33,501 nt of DNA, taken from assembly GCA_001687465.1 (NCBI GenBank), contig LVLI01000529.1, forward strand, positions 1 to 33,501. Direction: 5' to 3'. This DNA is from Halocafeteria seosinensis. Its lineage: Eukaryota. The translations under genes were made by a program, and so were the position numbers. The stretch's first letter is position 1. Every line of letters begins with the position of its first letter. A model generated the notes under the pieces. It worked only from the letters and a program-made list of their open reading frames with translations, searched no databases and was not told the origin of the DNA. Of the stretch, positions 8,322-20,418 are shown in pieces.

Positions 8322-11300
8322 ATGGACGATACAGAAGACGCATACGAAGCTACAGAGGGGTGCGATGAAGGTGTCTCATCGAAAATTCAGGAAGACAATG
8401 GTGATATGCCCGAATTCAGAGTCCCTGTCCATTTGGAAGACTTGGAGCTTCCAAAACAGGACCGGTATTGCGTCTCCGAAGCCCTCGAAAGCGAGGAGTT
8501 GGAAGATAATGATGCTCTGGAGATATTTTCAGGTACGTTTCTAGGGTTATTCTGTCTACATTTGGATTGAACACTTATCCATGAACATGTATGCTTCATT
8601 TGAGCAGATATAGAAAATAAGTACTTGAACAGCACCTGGACACATATAACTTATAACCAGGTCTTTGATAAGTTTTACAGTGCCGTGAAGTACGTCTAGG
8701 AAAGAAACATAAGGTCGTTCCTTTGGCACCCGCTTCACTGGTGTTTTCATTGATGGTGCAGATTCTGGAGCTCTACAGCATCTGACGTTCGAGTGAAAGT
8801 TCTGGATCTGTGTTGTGAAAACTTCAGCAGGATGTTGTCTGAATTGGAGCTCGAAATCTCTCCGGAGAACAATGATATGCCTCGAGAGAGCATACCTTTG
8901 TACCGTAATTCCTACAAAATGTGGACATATATCGTTGCTGAACTTATTTGCGCTACTGAAAAGATAGACGTAGAAGCAGCGATGGCAGCTCCAACTGAAG
9001 GCACCTCCAGAAAGAAAGCAGAACAAATCGTTAGTGTATATATCTGTAGATATTGACTAATTTATCCGATTTCCCAAATGTCTCACTTTATTGCGCTCCA
9101 GAAAAATGCGAAGAAGCGATTGGGATTTGATTTTGGCAGCAGACGGGCTCATCTAGTTAAAGCACTTGCCGACTCATTGGAGATGGACCTCTTCCAACAA
9201 CTGTGGCCCCAAGGAATATGTGAGGAAGTAGGTGACGGCTACGCATTTTGTAATGTTCTGTGGTTCTCGACGGGTTTTTGTTAAATCTACAGGAGTTTGG
9301 TGGTCTGATCAGTAGGGCCGGATGTGGCGTCTTAGCAAACCCTAATGCCACTGCGGCAGCAGACGTTAAAAAGAACGCGGGGAAGCTAATAACGGTTGTT
9401 GGTCATAAGCAACCTAACACCATTACCAACATCGTAACTGTGCTTGTAAACATGATCCAAAGCCACGATCATCTACCGAAGCTGATCGTCGACGCGCTGA
9501 AAGACCTCAAAGAACAATATCACAATACGGTGATTATTTCTGACATAATCAGGGAGGTCGCGCGCTTAAATCTTCGAGACAGTAAAGACAGTGCAGGAGT
9601 TAAAAACGTAGCCGCCTTTATCAATGAGCTTGCCTCCGCCCTCCCTGTCAGCATGCTACAGAACGTGAGTATGCTGCTTCCTCATTTGGATGCGGAGATC
9701 CATACTGTGCGATCGACCATTGTCTCGTGCTTGGGTCACGTTGTTCGAAATGTCTTCTCACCGGAGGAGCTTAAAAAACACGCAGAGACGGATGGTAAGC
9801 AAGGCACCGAGAGGGAGCAGTCTGAAGAGGATACCTCTCGAGAGGACTCGTTTCCTGGACATTTTTCTGTTAAGACGAGGGATGCGTTGATTGATGTGGT
9901 TGAAGAACGGTTCTATGACATTCATGCTCTTACTCGCGCAGCAGCAATACGTACCGCTTATCAAATCGTTTCTGCGAAGTCTCTTCCCATCGAAAGGTGG
10001 ACAAGCCTCACCGCCCGCGCGATTGATAGGTTACAAGACAAGAGCTCACTGACAAGACGTGCAGCGTTACAGTTATTAACCGTGCTGTTAGAGAACAATC
10101 CGTTTTCACCAACCCTTAATCCAAGTGTGCTACAGCAGCAAGTAGATGATGTAGATTCCAAACTTCAGCAATTCCCCGAAACTGGTAGTGACGAAACAGT
10201 TCCAGGAGACTTGGAGGAGCATGGAAAATATGAGAAGATGAAAGTTTATTGTCAAACTACCCTTAAGTTCGCAGAGACAATGGCAACGTGCATTCCTACG
10301 GTCAGCAAACTGTTAGGCAGCAAGACTTCTTCTGATGTGCTTGAAGCTATCAGCTTCCTCCGTCGAGCACGTGCCTTTAGTATCCCTTCCGCAGATGGTG
10401 CTCTTTCGAAAATGCTTACTTTAATATGGACTTCCGAAAAGTCTGTTAAGGAGGCTATATTGGATGCATTTATCATCGAGTATCTTACTGATCCTGTTTT
10501 CAGCAGTTCAAATGATGATTCAGAGGCGGACTCCCAACAACAATTTGAGATTGAAGGGCACATGCGCGTCTTTCGGCAATCAGTAGCGGCCGCAAATACC
10601 CTGATTAAGCTTACTATTGGAGCCACTTTGGCGATTCGGACCTCGATGGAAAAAACCCTTGCCATCCTAGCGGATAGAAATTTCATTCAAGATGACCTAA
10701 TTGAGGCATTGTGGCAGTATGTTGGCAGGAGTCTCTCCGTTCTTACAGAGCAAGCGCGAAGGGATCCATCAAATAGTTCGCAGGACGCATCCCATATGCA
10801 GAAGGAGAAGAAGTCTATCATGTACGGGCGTGCTGCCATGAACATTCTTAGCATGTTGGCGGCATCGATTCCGAAAACCGTTGACTCAGAACAAGGTTTA
10901 AAACGACTTCTTGCGGTGCTTGCAGGGCCAAGTGCTATAAAGTCAGGCGCGGTTGGAGGATGCGATTATCGCCTCGCGCACTACGCCTGTGTTGCCGCCC
11001 AACGAGTGTGCGCTGTTTATCATGGGAAACCTGGTACTCCAGCTTCCATAGCCAGCGTTTTAGAGAAATCAGGAAGCAAGTTAAACGATGAGCACTCAGA
11101 AGAAAAAGAGGTACCGAAAACTAGGAAGAAAGGAAAGGCGACTCAAAAACAAGCGGAAACAGAGGACGAGGAACGCGACAAGAGTGCTCGCAGCAGGGCA
11201 ATCGCTAACCTGATTATCTGCATAGTTGCCATGGTTCGTGGAGACTGGGATCAAGGAACGATTCCCAATCGGTTTTGGTATCCGGCGGCGGAAGCGGGGA

Positions 11301-13063
11301 TTGCGGCTCTGTTTGTTTTGGCTCCACGCCCTGAGAATGTGTGCGAGTCGATCATTCGTCACATGGCTTCACCGCTGTTCCCCAGCGAGGCGCTTCAAGC
11401 CTTTGGAGATTCTCCTCCGGCAACCCAAGAGCCACCCTCTGTTACGGCAGAGAAGCTCGACAGGGGCAACTTCGCAAGCTTCGCGGAGCAAGGATTTATC
11501 CCCCGAACAAGTCTTAGTCGTTTGTTCTTCGTTCTCGGCCACGTGGCGCTGAAATCCCTCGTGTTCTTTGAAGCAGTTGCAGATGCAAGCAAGAAAACTA
11601 GACAGACTCTCTTAGAGCAGAAAGAAAAGCAAAACAGCTCCCCCGCTAACGCTCCATCCGAAGGAACTTCCAAAGCCAAAAGACGAAAATCCGCTGTGGA
11701 AGAAGGAAGTCTAGAGGACCAACTAGGGACGGGTGGTAACTCAGAGGATCAGGAAGCAGAACTAGTTAGCTATCTTGCAGACCAGCAACTGGTTACGACC
11801 AATATTCTTGGCGTGTTTGCCCCTATCTTGGCTCAAGTGGCAGCGGACGGTAGTGGGCAGTTCGGCTCAGATGATGCGGAAGACTCTTCATACATGGATC
11901 CTCTAAGACAGAGCGCTGTACTTGCTTTGTCGAAATTTATGTGTATTTCTTCCGAGCTTTGTGAACAGTACCTTCAGCTTCTATTCACCATTCTGAAGAG
12001 AGCGAGCTCTCCTGCCCTTCGGGCTACAGTTGCCATCGCGCTGGGAGACTTGGCTTTCCGCTTCCCAAATCAGGTGGAGCCGTGGACCGAACATTTGTAT
12101 CTATGCTTGAGGGACTCCAACGCAAGTGTCCGCAAGAATACCTTGATGGTGCTAACTCACTTGATTCTAAACGATATGATAAAAGTGAAAGGGCAAGTAG
12201 CCGAAATCGCAGTTTGTCTACAAGATGACGATGAAAGGATCGCCGATCTGACGATGCTCTTCTTCCACGAACTGTCTAAAAGAGGGTCGAACCCCATTTA
12301 CAACATCATGCCGGACATTATTGCATGTCTCGTCAACCATCCGCGACTAACTTCTGAGTCCAAATCAAGCGAAGAGTCATTCAGAACCATTATGAAATAC
12401 CTCCTAAGTTTCATCTCAAAGGACAAGCACATCGACGCATTGATTGAAAGGTTGATTGGTAGACTTGGGGCAATCCGCCATGAGGTCGAGAGCACCGATA
12501 TCGAAAGTTCACAGGAAGTGTCCGATGATTCAAGCGGCGGGGTGCTGATGGCTCGGCACCTCGTCTTTTGCTTGTCTCAACTTCCGTACAGTGAAAAGGG
12601 ATACAAAAAAATAATGGAAAGCTACAAAGTCTATAAGCATGCATTGAAGGACGAGAAAGTTGTCTCCTACTTCAATGCAATGCTGGCAAAAGCGAAAAAA
12701 TTTGCCAAATCTGAGAACAAGGCCAATATAGCTGAGTGGGAGCAATGTATCTCGCAGGCGCAGGCAACTGAAGGAGAAGAAACAGCTTCTGGTGAAGCAG
12801 CTACGGAACAGGCCACCAAAGAAAGCAGAAGAGCGTCATCTCGTGCCAGCTCGAAGAAGACATGCACCCGCCAAAGAACCAAGAGGGCCACGCGATCACG
12901 GAAACAAAGAGACGATTCCACCGATTCAACCTCTGAGGAAGAAAATGAAGCCGTTGATGACGAATCCACTGATGAAGAAGAAGTAAAAGGCGGATGTAAA
13001 ACTAAGCACGGATCCCGGGTTGGGGCTTCAGAAGAAGACGGGGAAGCTGAAGTTGACCTCTAG
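8322..13063 (+). CDS. NCAPD2: Condensin I HEAT subunit CAP-D2 / Cnd1 / Ycs4 (~1485 aa)
   Basis: Exons 8322-8532, 8608-8689, 8762-9029, 9102-9227, 9293-13063; all introns GT-AG and frame-consistent. Motifs RLQDKSSLTRRAALQLL..NPF, LALSKFMCIS, LGDLAFRFPN, VRKNTLMVLTHLILNDMIKVKGQ and IYNIMPDII match the Cnd1 family. Confidence 0.96.
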
Positions 13064-13106
13064 AGGCTATACAGATGGCTTCAATATGGTGATGTGAGCA
13101 AGAGTT

Positions 13107-13758
13107 TCATCTGTCGAGGAAAGCCGCTTTCGAGTGTTTTGTCCCGGGCACATCCTCCTGAGCATTCCTAAACTGCATTAATATAGACTCCTCCTTTGCT
13201 GCCATTCGTTTGTACTCTTCGTCTTCAACATGGTCATAACCAATTAAATGAACAACTCCATGTGTAAGTATAATTGGTAGGTGTTCCTCCCATGTAATTT
13301 CTGCGGTATTCGAATGGTATCCGCTAGCCATGGACACACAAACAACCATACGTACTATTGTTGGAACAGTAGTGTTGCAACACTTCAGGGCAAATAACCA
13401 TATCTCCCAGGTCCTTTACTTCCAGTGTTTCCTCAGAAAACACTTCAGGTTGTTCAGGCCTCTGTGTGACAGTTGGTGCTTTTGAAAACTATGCATGTAG
13501 AACTTGTATCACTGGTCGAAGCATACGTACCTCAAATGCGGGGAAGGACAGAATATCAGTGGTGCCTTTCTTGTCTCTGTACTGCCTGTTAAGCTCGGCA
13601 ATCTTGCGTGCTGAGCAAAACCAGGCTCCTACGTCCCAACCCTGGTACCCTGCAATCGTCATGATCTTATCCAAGGCCCTGATGACATGTGGTTTGGACA
13701 ATGGAATTTTCCTTTGGGAGATCCGTACTAGGCGTCGTCCCGACTGCTGAATACACAT
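13107..13758 (-). CDS. ybeY: Endoribonuclease YbeY (UPF0054), ~175 aa
   Basis: Exons 13758-13531, 13461-13356, 13300-13107. Motifs LNRQYRDKKGTTDILSFP, DLGDMVICP and the zinc motif HGVVHLIGYDH. The start codon and exon-2 acceptor are uncertain. Confidence 0.93.
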
Positions 13759-14021
13759 GGTCCTCGAGATCGAGTACACGAGACCGAGCGATGGAAGAAG
13801 TGACAATTCAACCCAAAAACCACAGTATTACTTCCGTATGCATGTATGTATGTCGAGATGCCGAGACCTTGTGAAGCTCAGCTTATTCCCGTGGATAGTG
13901 CGCATTTCATAGGTAGTATAGAACGCTTGGGTAGTTAATATTTTAGAATATTCGTACTTAAAGAGTCCGGAGCAATCGGATAGTAGTGGAGTGTCCTGTA
14001 TATAGATTGATTCATTCGAAC
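13759..14021. promoter_or_regulatory. Probable bidirectional promoter between ybeY and VKOR
   Basis: 263-bp head-to-head spacer between the two predicted ATGs. No specific motif was identified. Confidence 0.4.
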
Positions 14022-14697
14022 ATGGCCGACTTCTCCAAGCGCTTTATTCAAGGCTTTTCCGTGTTAGGAGCCATTATCAGTCTCTATGCACTCTATGTGG
14101 AGTACATGAAGAGCATCGATATCAACTATGACGCTCTATGTGATGTGAATTCCTACATACAATGCAGTAAAGGTAGGGTCAGCCGAGCTCCGCAGCCCGA
14201 AGGGTCACTCTGTGTCCTGTTTCATGGCACTTTCTCGCTCGTTTGCTCAATGTTAATGACCCTCCCGTGAATGCAGTGTTCCTCTCCGAATACGGGCACA
14301 TCATGGAGAAGTTTGGCATCCTCAGCCATGACCACCCATTGAATCTCCCCAATGCTGGCTTTGGTACGTCATCTTGCTTCTGACGTCACATTGCTGAATA
14401 AGAATCGATAATGGTTGCATAATCCCTGCGTTTCTGACCGCAGGATTGGTGTTTTATATATGTGCATTCCTGCATGACGAATTCCCGCTTCCTCTGCACG
14501 TCCGCACAGTGATGATGTTTTTGGCGTCTGCGCTCTCCGCAGTATTCAGTGGCTACTTGGCGTACATTCTCACGGTTGTGCTTCAGGATTTCTGCATCGT
14601 ATGCGTTTCTACCTATGTCATAACTACTGTCATATTCATCTTTAGTTTCACGAGAATGTTTACCGCACCTAATGAAGCGAAAGAGAAGGAAGCCTAA
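14022..14697 (+). CDS. VKORC1: Vitamin K epoxide reductase family protein (~163 aa)
   Basis: Exons 14022-14172, 14277-14363, 14444-14697. SLYALYVE..YDALCD..IQCSKVFLSEYG..LNLPN and active-site DFCIVC; all four conserved cysteines are present. Confidence 0.94.
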
Positions 14698-14913
14698 GCA
14701 TCGAGTAGTTGATGAGCGCAGAGTTGTATAACAGGTGCGCACTTCCAGCATGAAGTGCGAATTGTCAATTGCTTGAAGCATGCAACTTGGCAAAAAAATT
14801 AAATAAAAATTAATTCTCGAGCTATGGAGGGAGAGAACATAATTTCTACCTCAGTTGAAGGGCGAATGACCTACATTCTGAATCAGTCAAATTGTAGTGC
14901 TCCGTAAGTCCAT

Positions 14914-17068
14914 TCACTTTTTCTCCGCCTCTGAAGTAGTCTCTTTCTTCTTGCTCTTACCTAATAGCAGATTTATGTTCAAGTATTCAGAAAGTTTATG
15001 TATCCCTACTTTACGGCTTTCGGTATCCATCAACATTACTCGAAGTAAATCAGACAGGGATATTACTCCTAGCACTTGTCTGGTGTCTGGGTTAATGACA
15101 GTCAAATGTCGAAAGTTCCGTCGTAACATTACGTTTGCCGCTTTAGCAACAGTCCAATATGGCTTAGCCGTTTTCACAACAGTAGTCATCACCTGTTCGA
15201 CAGGAAGTTTAGTGGCGTCTGGCTGCCGCGTAAAGTAGAACTGATCCTCATGTACCCGCGGCGCTTCGCTTTCTTCTGTCGAATCTTCGTCGGCATCCTG
15301 TAGAATAACCGTTTCGTCCTTGGGCATCTCTACCTCTGAGTCTTGTGGGGGTGATCCTATGTTTGCAGCAACGACGCGAAATAGGTAGTCTCGAGCGGTG
15401 AAAATACCTTGGAGATGCCCCTCTTTATCAACGATAGCTACACATGACATGCCCTGCTCCGCCATCTCGTTCACGGCGTCAGCGACGGTGATCTTGTCTT
15501 CGATTCTTGCGTTCAGCAGGAGCTCTCTACCGTTCTCTTTCTGCCATTTTAGCACCTCTTCAATTGTCTTTTCGAAAATCTTGTGAGGTTTTTCTAGTTC
15601 GTGGCCTTCCTTGTCCTCTTGAGATTCGGTGGCATGGCCTTCTTTCTCTTGTTGCTCTTCCACTCGAGCCTTACGATCGTCTTCAGCGGCTGTTAAAATC
15701 CTCATAACTCCCCGGACAACTCCTCTTAAAGAAATCACGCCAACGATGTTCTCGAAGGGCATAGCCTCCCGGCTTTCTTTAGGGGCTGCATGCTCTCCTG
15801 ATCCGTCGCTGGATAAGGCTTCTGACAGAGTGGCATCTTCAGCCATGGCAGCGGTCATTACCGGGAGGTGCCGAAAATGGCGTGATAGCATTACCTGGAC
15901 CGCATCAATAGCCAACGTTGAGGGCTCTCCATGAATCACTATCGGGGTCATAATATCCGTAACCGGGATGTTATCAGGCGGGTAGCTTCCATGACTTATC
16001 TTGTCAATACAATCGCGTTCAGACACAATCCCCTTTACTTTGGCATCTGTTCATGAGGCAACAGAAGAGTCGGTTAACGCAGACGGAAGTTTATTGTGTT
16101 CCCGTGCGTGATGCATACCTTCGATTACAAGCAAGGCACTAACGTTGTAGGACTTCATTACTCGAACCGCGTCTGTCACCATTGCCTGAAACACACAGGA
16201 TAGACATACTAAAATGAAGGCGCAAGTTGTTCCGCTTTCAAAACTTACCCCTGAGCTACATGACGCTACGCCTACAGGCTTTTGAAGCGCGTCCTCTTGA
16301 TATTCCAGAATTTCCGAGAGTGTGACGCGAGATAACTCCTCCTGAATACAAAGAGAAAGATACTAGACGTGCTTACAAGAACTGCGTCATTATTGAAACG
16401 ATTCCCTGTTACATACTGGGTCTTGGGGGTCTGATGCCTTGGTAGCCATACACCGCCTTCCTGTGTGAAAAGAGCGTACCACCTGGACATATGAACAAAA
16501 ATCTTGCGATGGATTAGCTTAGATACTCAATGCTTACCGCTTCGTTGTGTAGACTGTCTCCAACATGTCCTCAATTCGGGTGCTGTCGCCCCCGAGTGGA
16601 ATGCGCTCCTGCCGCGTCTGCGAGTTCGAATAAACGATGCGGTCAATGCCAAAGCACAGTTTACCACAGGGAATATCCCATGCTCCTAAAAGCATTGATA
16701 TTGTGCAACTAATTTGAAAATCAGCCATCGCCCCTGGTCAGCCCCTTGAGACAATCAACAAAAACATCGAGGGGTCCAGTCATCGCGAGGGCTTTATCGT
16801 ATTCAGCTCGTCAAGCAGTTTCACGAGGAGTATAGACTATGTTCTATAGGTATCTCACTTACTGTAACCTTGTATGACATGGAAAATGCTTATGGGAACT
16901 CATTGAAGTCCCACGAGGGGATTCTTCGACTAATTTGCTTCTATCTCCATGGGCGTCATAGACCGAGGGCGAAAGGAATGACAACGAGGACGATGGCGAA
17001 GCCACAAAGGTTCTGCTGACCCCTTTAGCATAATTGTATCGTTGATATGGAAGGACTGAGCGAATCAT
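14914..17068 (-). CDS. Tandem CBS-domain (two Bateman module) protein, possibly mitochondrial (~540 aa)
   Basis: Exons 17068-16863, 16617-16538, 16460-16417, 16341-16249, 16185-16119, 16046-14914 are frame-consistent. CBS motifs: GIVSERD, FRHLPV..GVISLRG, GIFTARD, FRHLTV..GVISLSD. The N-terminus is Arg/Ser-rich. The first two exons are less certain. Confidence 0.85.
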
Positions 17069-17908
17069 GGCGGCGTTGGAACAGCGTGAGACTCGCCCAC
17101 CAGTAACTCGAAAGCACTAGCACGCGGTACAAAAGCTTTTATGCGGTACATGCACTCATCTACAGAGAGATGGAAAGTCAGCGTGCTTTCTTCCCCGATG
17201 GCAACATTCCACCACGATCGTAGACTAAGCGAGATCGTCAAATAGAATGAGACATTGTTTCGAAAAAACAAATCGTCGACTTCATCGAGGAACCTAAGTT
17301 GCCGATTCCCCCATTGTATAGTGTAGCTACGCAATAGAAGTTACCTGCAGGAAGTTTGTTTTATTCATGTACACTTGAAAGAAGGCTATGCTTTCGTACG
17401 AATTGTTCCCTGTTTCGATTTTTCTCCCTTCTTGCGCATGTGCAACGTCGATGTGACCGACCCAATTCTTCCGAATGCTGTGCGATGGTTGCCGGATAAA
17501 TTCCTGATAACTAGTCATTAGGGAGGTAGGAAATTTTCTATACCATTATAGGAAAGGCTTGAAGTGTGAGTACATCAGATACTCCGATATCCTCTCAAAT
17601 ACAATTCCCACACCTGGAACTTACCAGTCCGAGAATGATTCACATTTTCCCCGCATAGATACCGAGCACCACCTCGTCAAAAGACGGTTTTTCATCAGTG
17701 CCTCAATGTTCTCGTGATCTCATTGTCTCAACAAACGGGATCAGCCAGCAATGTTAGGTGGCGCAACCTGAAAACACCTTCACAAGTCGAAGCCACCGAA
17801 TAGATCCTGCCATTCATTAGCATTCCAGTCATGTTGTTTTATGTACATGTGGGTGTAGACATACAATTTAATTGGGATGAAGCTAATACCAAGTAGTCTG
17901 CGAACAAA

Positions 17909-19891
17909 ATGGAAGGGAAGCCTGATCAGCCTCCTAAGAAAGCGAGGAAGAAGAAGCCCAACTTATCCATCCAAGTCGGCAACGACACCACGACAACTTC
18001 GAATGCAAGTCCCTCTGGCGGTAATTCCTCGCCTTTCCAGCGGGATGATTCTCCCACTGATTTAAGTGGAGCGTGGTGGAGAAACACAGGGTATAAGCTC
18101 CCGGAATCGTCTTTCCTAGGAGCACATTCGACGCTCTTGAACGATGAAACGCCATCTCTCTTTGGAGGAACGGTTCCGCCGGAGGGTACAGACCAAGGAA
18201 TTACGCATAACACGGACGATGGAAGCGGGATGCAAGATCAAGACAGAGAAAATCAGGAACTCACCCGCGAGACGCCCCGAAGTAGATTACAACAGTGGTT
18301 CGGAGGACAGTACGTAGGAGATGTTAGATTCTTCAATCGATCTGATGGAAATGCTCCAAAACGACGGAGAAGGAGCAGCTCAACAGAAAGCGAAGGCACT
18401 CGGTCTCATATTGGAACTGGGATAAAGCGTCGCAAGGACACAAGGAGCAATCCCTTTTCGGCTACAAATCCTCCGCTTTTTCATTATTCGTGCTGCAGCA
18501 GGGCGGGAAGGCGATCGCAGAATGAAGATAGATACGCTGTAGTTGCTAGCGCTTTGTCGACAGAGATATCCACTATGTATGGGCTATTTGATGGTCATGG
18601 GGGCTACCGCTCGTCAGAACACTGCGCGGAAAACATATGCTATATGATGGAAGATGCATACCTGGAGGAACTGAATACGTTAAGTAAGTCTGGTGGTCCC
18701 CGTGAAGCTTTGGAGGAATTGCTCAAGCAATGGGAGGAATCTTGTAAGCGTAATGGGCACGGATCGCTTAGCATGTCTGATATCACATGCGATCTGCACA
18801 CAATAGACAGACGTTACTTTTTCGAAATTGTGATTCAACGCTGTCTCCTGGAGCTGTGCATGCGGAAGGCCTTTCGGGATACGCATGCCCAACTCAGACA
18901 GCAGGATGCTATACAAGATGAAACTTTACCTGATACTAGCCATGATGGAACCACTGCAGTATGTGCACTTATAGTCCAGCCTACGATGCGCCCGAGCATA
19001 AGTACAGCAGACGCAGGAGCATCCTCAATAGTAGATCAAATGCTGGAACATCTCGTTCAGACGGAATCACACTTCTACCCAGTTGGAGATTCGAAGCCCT
19101 CCTCGCGAGATCTGTACTTGCTATGCCTGGCACATGTCGGTGACACGCGAGCCATATTGATTCAGAACGATGGCGCAATCAGGCAACTGACGTATGATCA
19201 CACCCCTGACGCTCCAGCCGAACACGAGAGGGTACTGGCAAGTGGCCACGAACTAATTGACAATCGCATTGATGGAAAGTTAGCAATGTCGCGAAGTCTT
19301 GGAGACAGTGCAATGGGGTCAGGGGTATCTCCTGAACCTGATTTCCTGGCACTGTTGATCGATCCTGATGTCGAATGTACATTGGTGCTGGCTACCGACG
19401 GTTTGTGGTCCACCATGGGTCCGGAGGAAGTAGCTCGGGTGACGTTCAACAAAGAAGCCACGTTTGACGCAAATGACTCTCTTGAATGGAGAAAACACCT
19501 TTATTCTAGCACCTTTAGTGCAAGCTATACCGACAACAATAATGTCGAAAATCAGTACGCTAACCCGGTAGATGATTCATACCATCGACTCCCAGAGGAA
19601 AGGATTGATCAAAGCACTCCAGAACTAGAGAGCCCAGCGTTCGTGGATGAACCGGAGAATGGAAACAAAACTCCAGTTAGTCAGTTAAGTCCAGTCTTAG
19701 ACTCTCGCACTATCTCTGAAAGGTTGGTTGCGGAAGCGCTCTTACGGGGGACAACGGACGACGTGACTGTTTTGGTGGTAGACTTGAGAACACGAAAGAT
19801 TTCCCGTTCCAGTGCAAGTGGCTCCTCGCATACTTCCCTCTCTCCTCGGACAAGTTCATCCCAACCCACTGAAGTGTCGGCTACCGTATGA
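17909..19891 (+). CDS. PP2C/PPM-family protein phosphatase (660 aa, apparently intronless)
   Basis: Motifs GRRSQNEDR, FDGHGG, GTTA, AHVGDTRA, LTYDH, LAMSRSLGD, LATDGLW and RGTTDDVTVLVV. Long disordered N-terminus and internal insertions. Confidence 0.95.
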   Translation: MEGKPDQPPKKARKKKPNLSIQVGNDTTTTSNASPSGGNSSPFQRDDSPTDLSGAWWRNTGYKLPESSFLGAHSTLLNDETPSLFGGTVPPEGTDQGITHNTDDGSGMQDQDRENQELTRETPRSRLQQWFGGQYVGDVRFFNRSDGNAPKRRRRSSSTESEGTRSHIGTGIKRRKDTRSNPFSATNPPLFHYSCCSRAGRRSQNEDRYAVVASALSTEISTMYGLFDGHGGYRSSEHCAENICYMMEDAYLEELNTLSKSGGPREALEELLKQWEESCKRNGHGSLSMSDITCDLHTIDRRYFFEIVIQRCLLELCMRKAFRDTHAQLRQQDAIQDETLPDTSHDGTTAVCALIVQPTMRPSISTADAGASSIVDQMLEHLVQTESHFYPVGDSKPSSRDLYLLCLAHVGDTRAILIQNDGAIRQLTYDHTPDAPAEHERVLASGHELIDNRIDGKLAMSRSLGDSAMGSGVSPEPDFLALLIDPDVECTLVLATDGLWSTMGPEEVARVTFNKEATFDANDSLEWRKHLYSSTFSASYTDNNNVENQYANPVDDSYHRLPEERIDQSTPELESPAFVDEPENGNKTPVSQLSPVLDSRTISERLVAEALLRGTTDDVTVLVVDLRTRKISRSSASGSSHTSLSPRTSSSQPTEVSATV

Positions 19892-20418
19892 GGAAAGGCA
19901 AAAACGTTGATAGTTGCGAGCCCGTAGTGTGTAGTTCCAACAAGAGACCTCAGTCGCTCAGAAATGGCGAACCCTCCTAATGATATATGTAAGTATGAAT
20001 CATCGCTATGAGGTATCCATATCCACGACAATTGAAATAGAGGTGGAATTGGGTCGCAATCTTGCTTCTTTAACTATCTATCGCACCGCGTAGATAGGCG
20101 GACGTACAGCGGGCCTCCGAGACCTTCACAGAACGAGTACGTTGGGGGGTTTTTCCCACACGATGTCGCACAGGAAGAAATAGTTGATTTGATATCACAC
20201 AATAAAGTGCGCTCCCTCTCAAACCACGTTTACCGCATTAGCATTACTAACAACTCTTGTAAACAGGGTCAAATAACTGAAGTATTGAATTTCGTGCAGT
20301 GCGACACTGGTCGCTTGCATTCCAGCCGCAGCCGCCAAAACCCTTCGAGAATATGACATAGCCCCTGTTTTTCTCTAGGGTGTGATAAGGGTTCATTTCC
20401 AATTAGGAGAACCGCATA

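Noticed and set aside
9260..9292. ORF-track starts for NCAPD2 and similar ORFs (21505, 27258, 16026, 32680)
   Set aside because: They lie in introns, mid-exon or upstream of the better ATG; spliced models fit the family motifs better.
9690..12986. Many antisense and alternate-frame ORFs over NCAPD2 (also over PP2C, CEP164-like and GT34-like)
   Set aside because: Shadow ORFs of long coding regions with no motifs of their own.
16618..16862. TPP riboswitch, U3 or U4 identity for the structured intron
   Set aside because: It lacks the GCUGAGA and CUGAU..AAU TPP cores, the U3 box A/A' region and the U4 stems or Sm site.
17065..17900. ORFs between the CBS and PP2C genes
   Set aside because: Short, motif-free and no consistent exon chain; treated as a divergent intergenic region.
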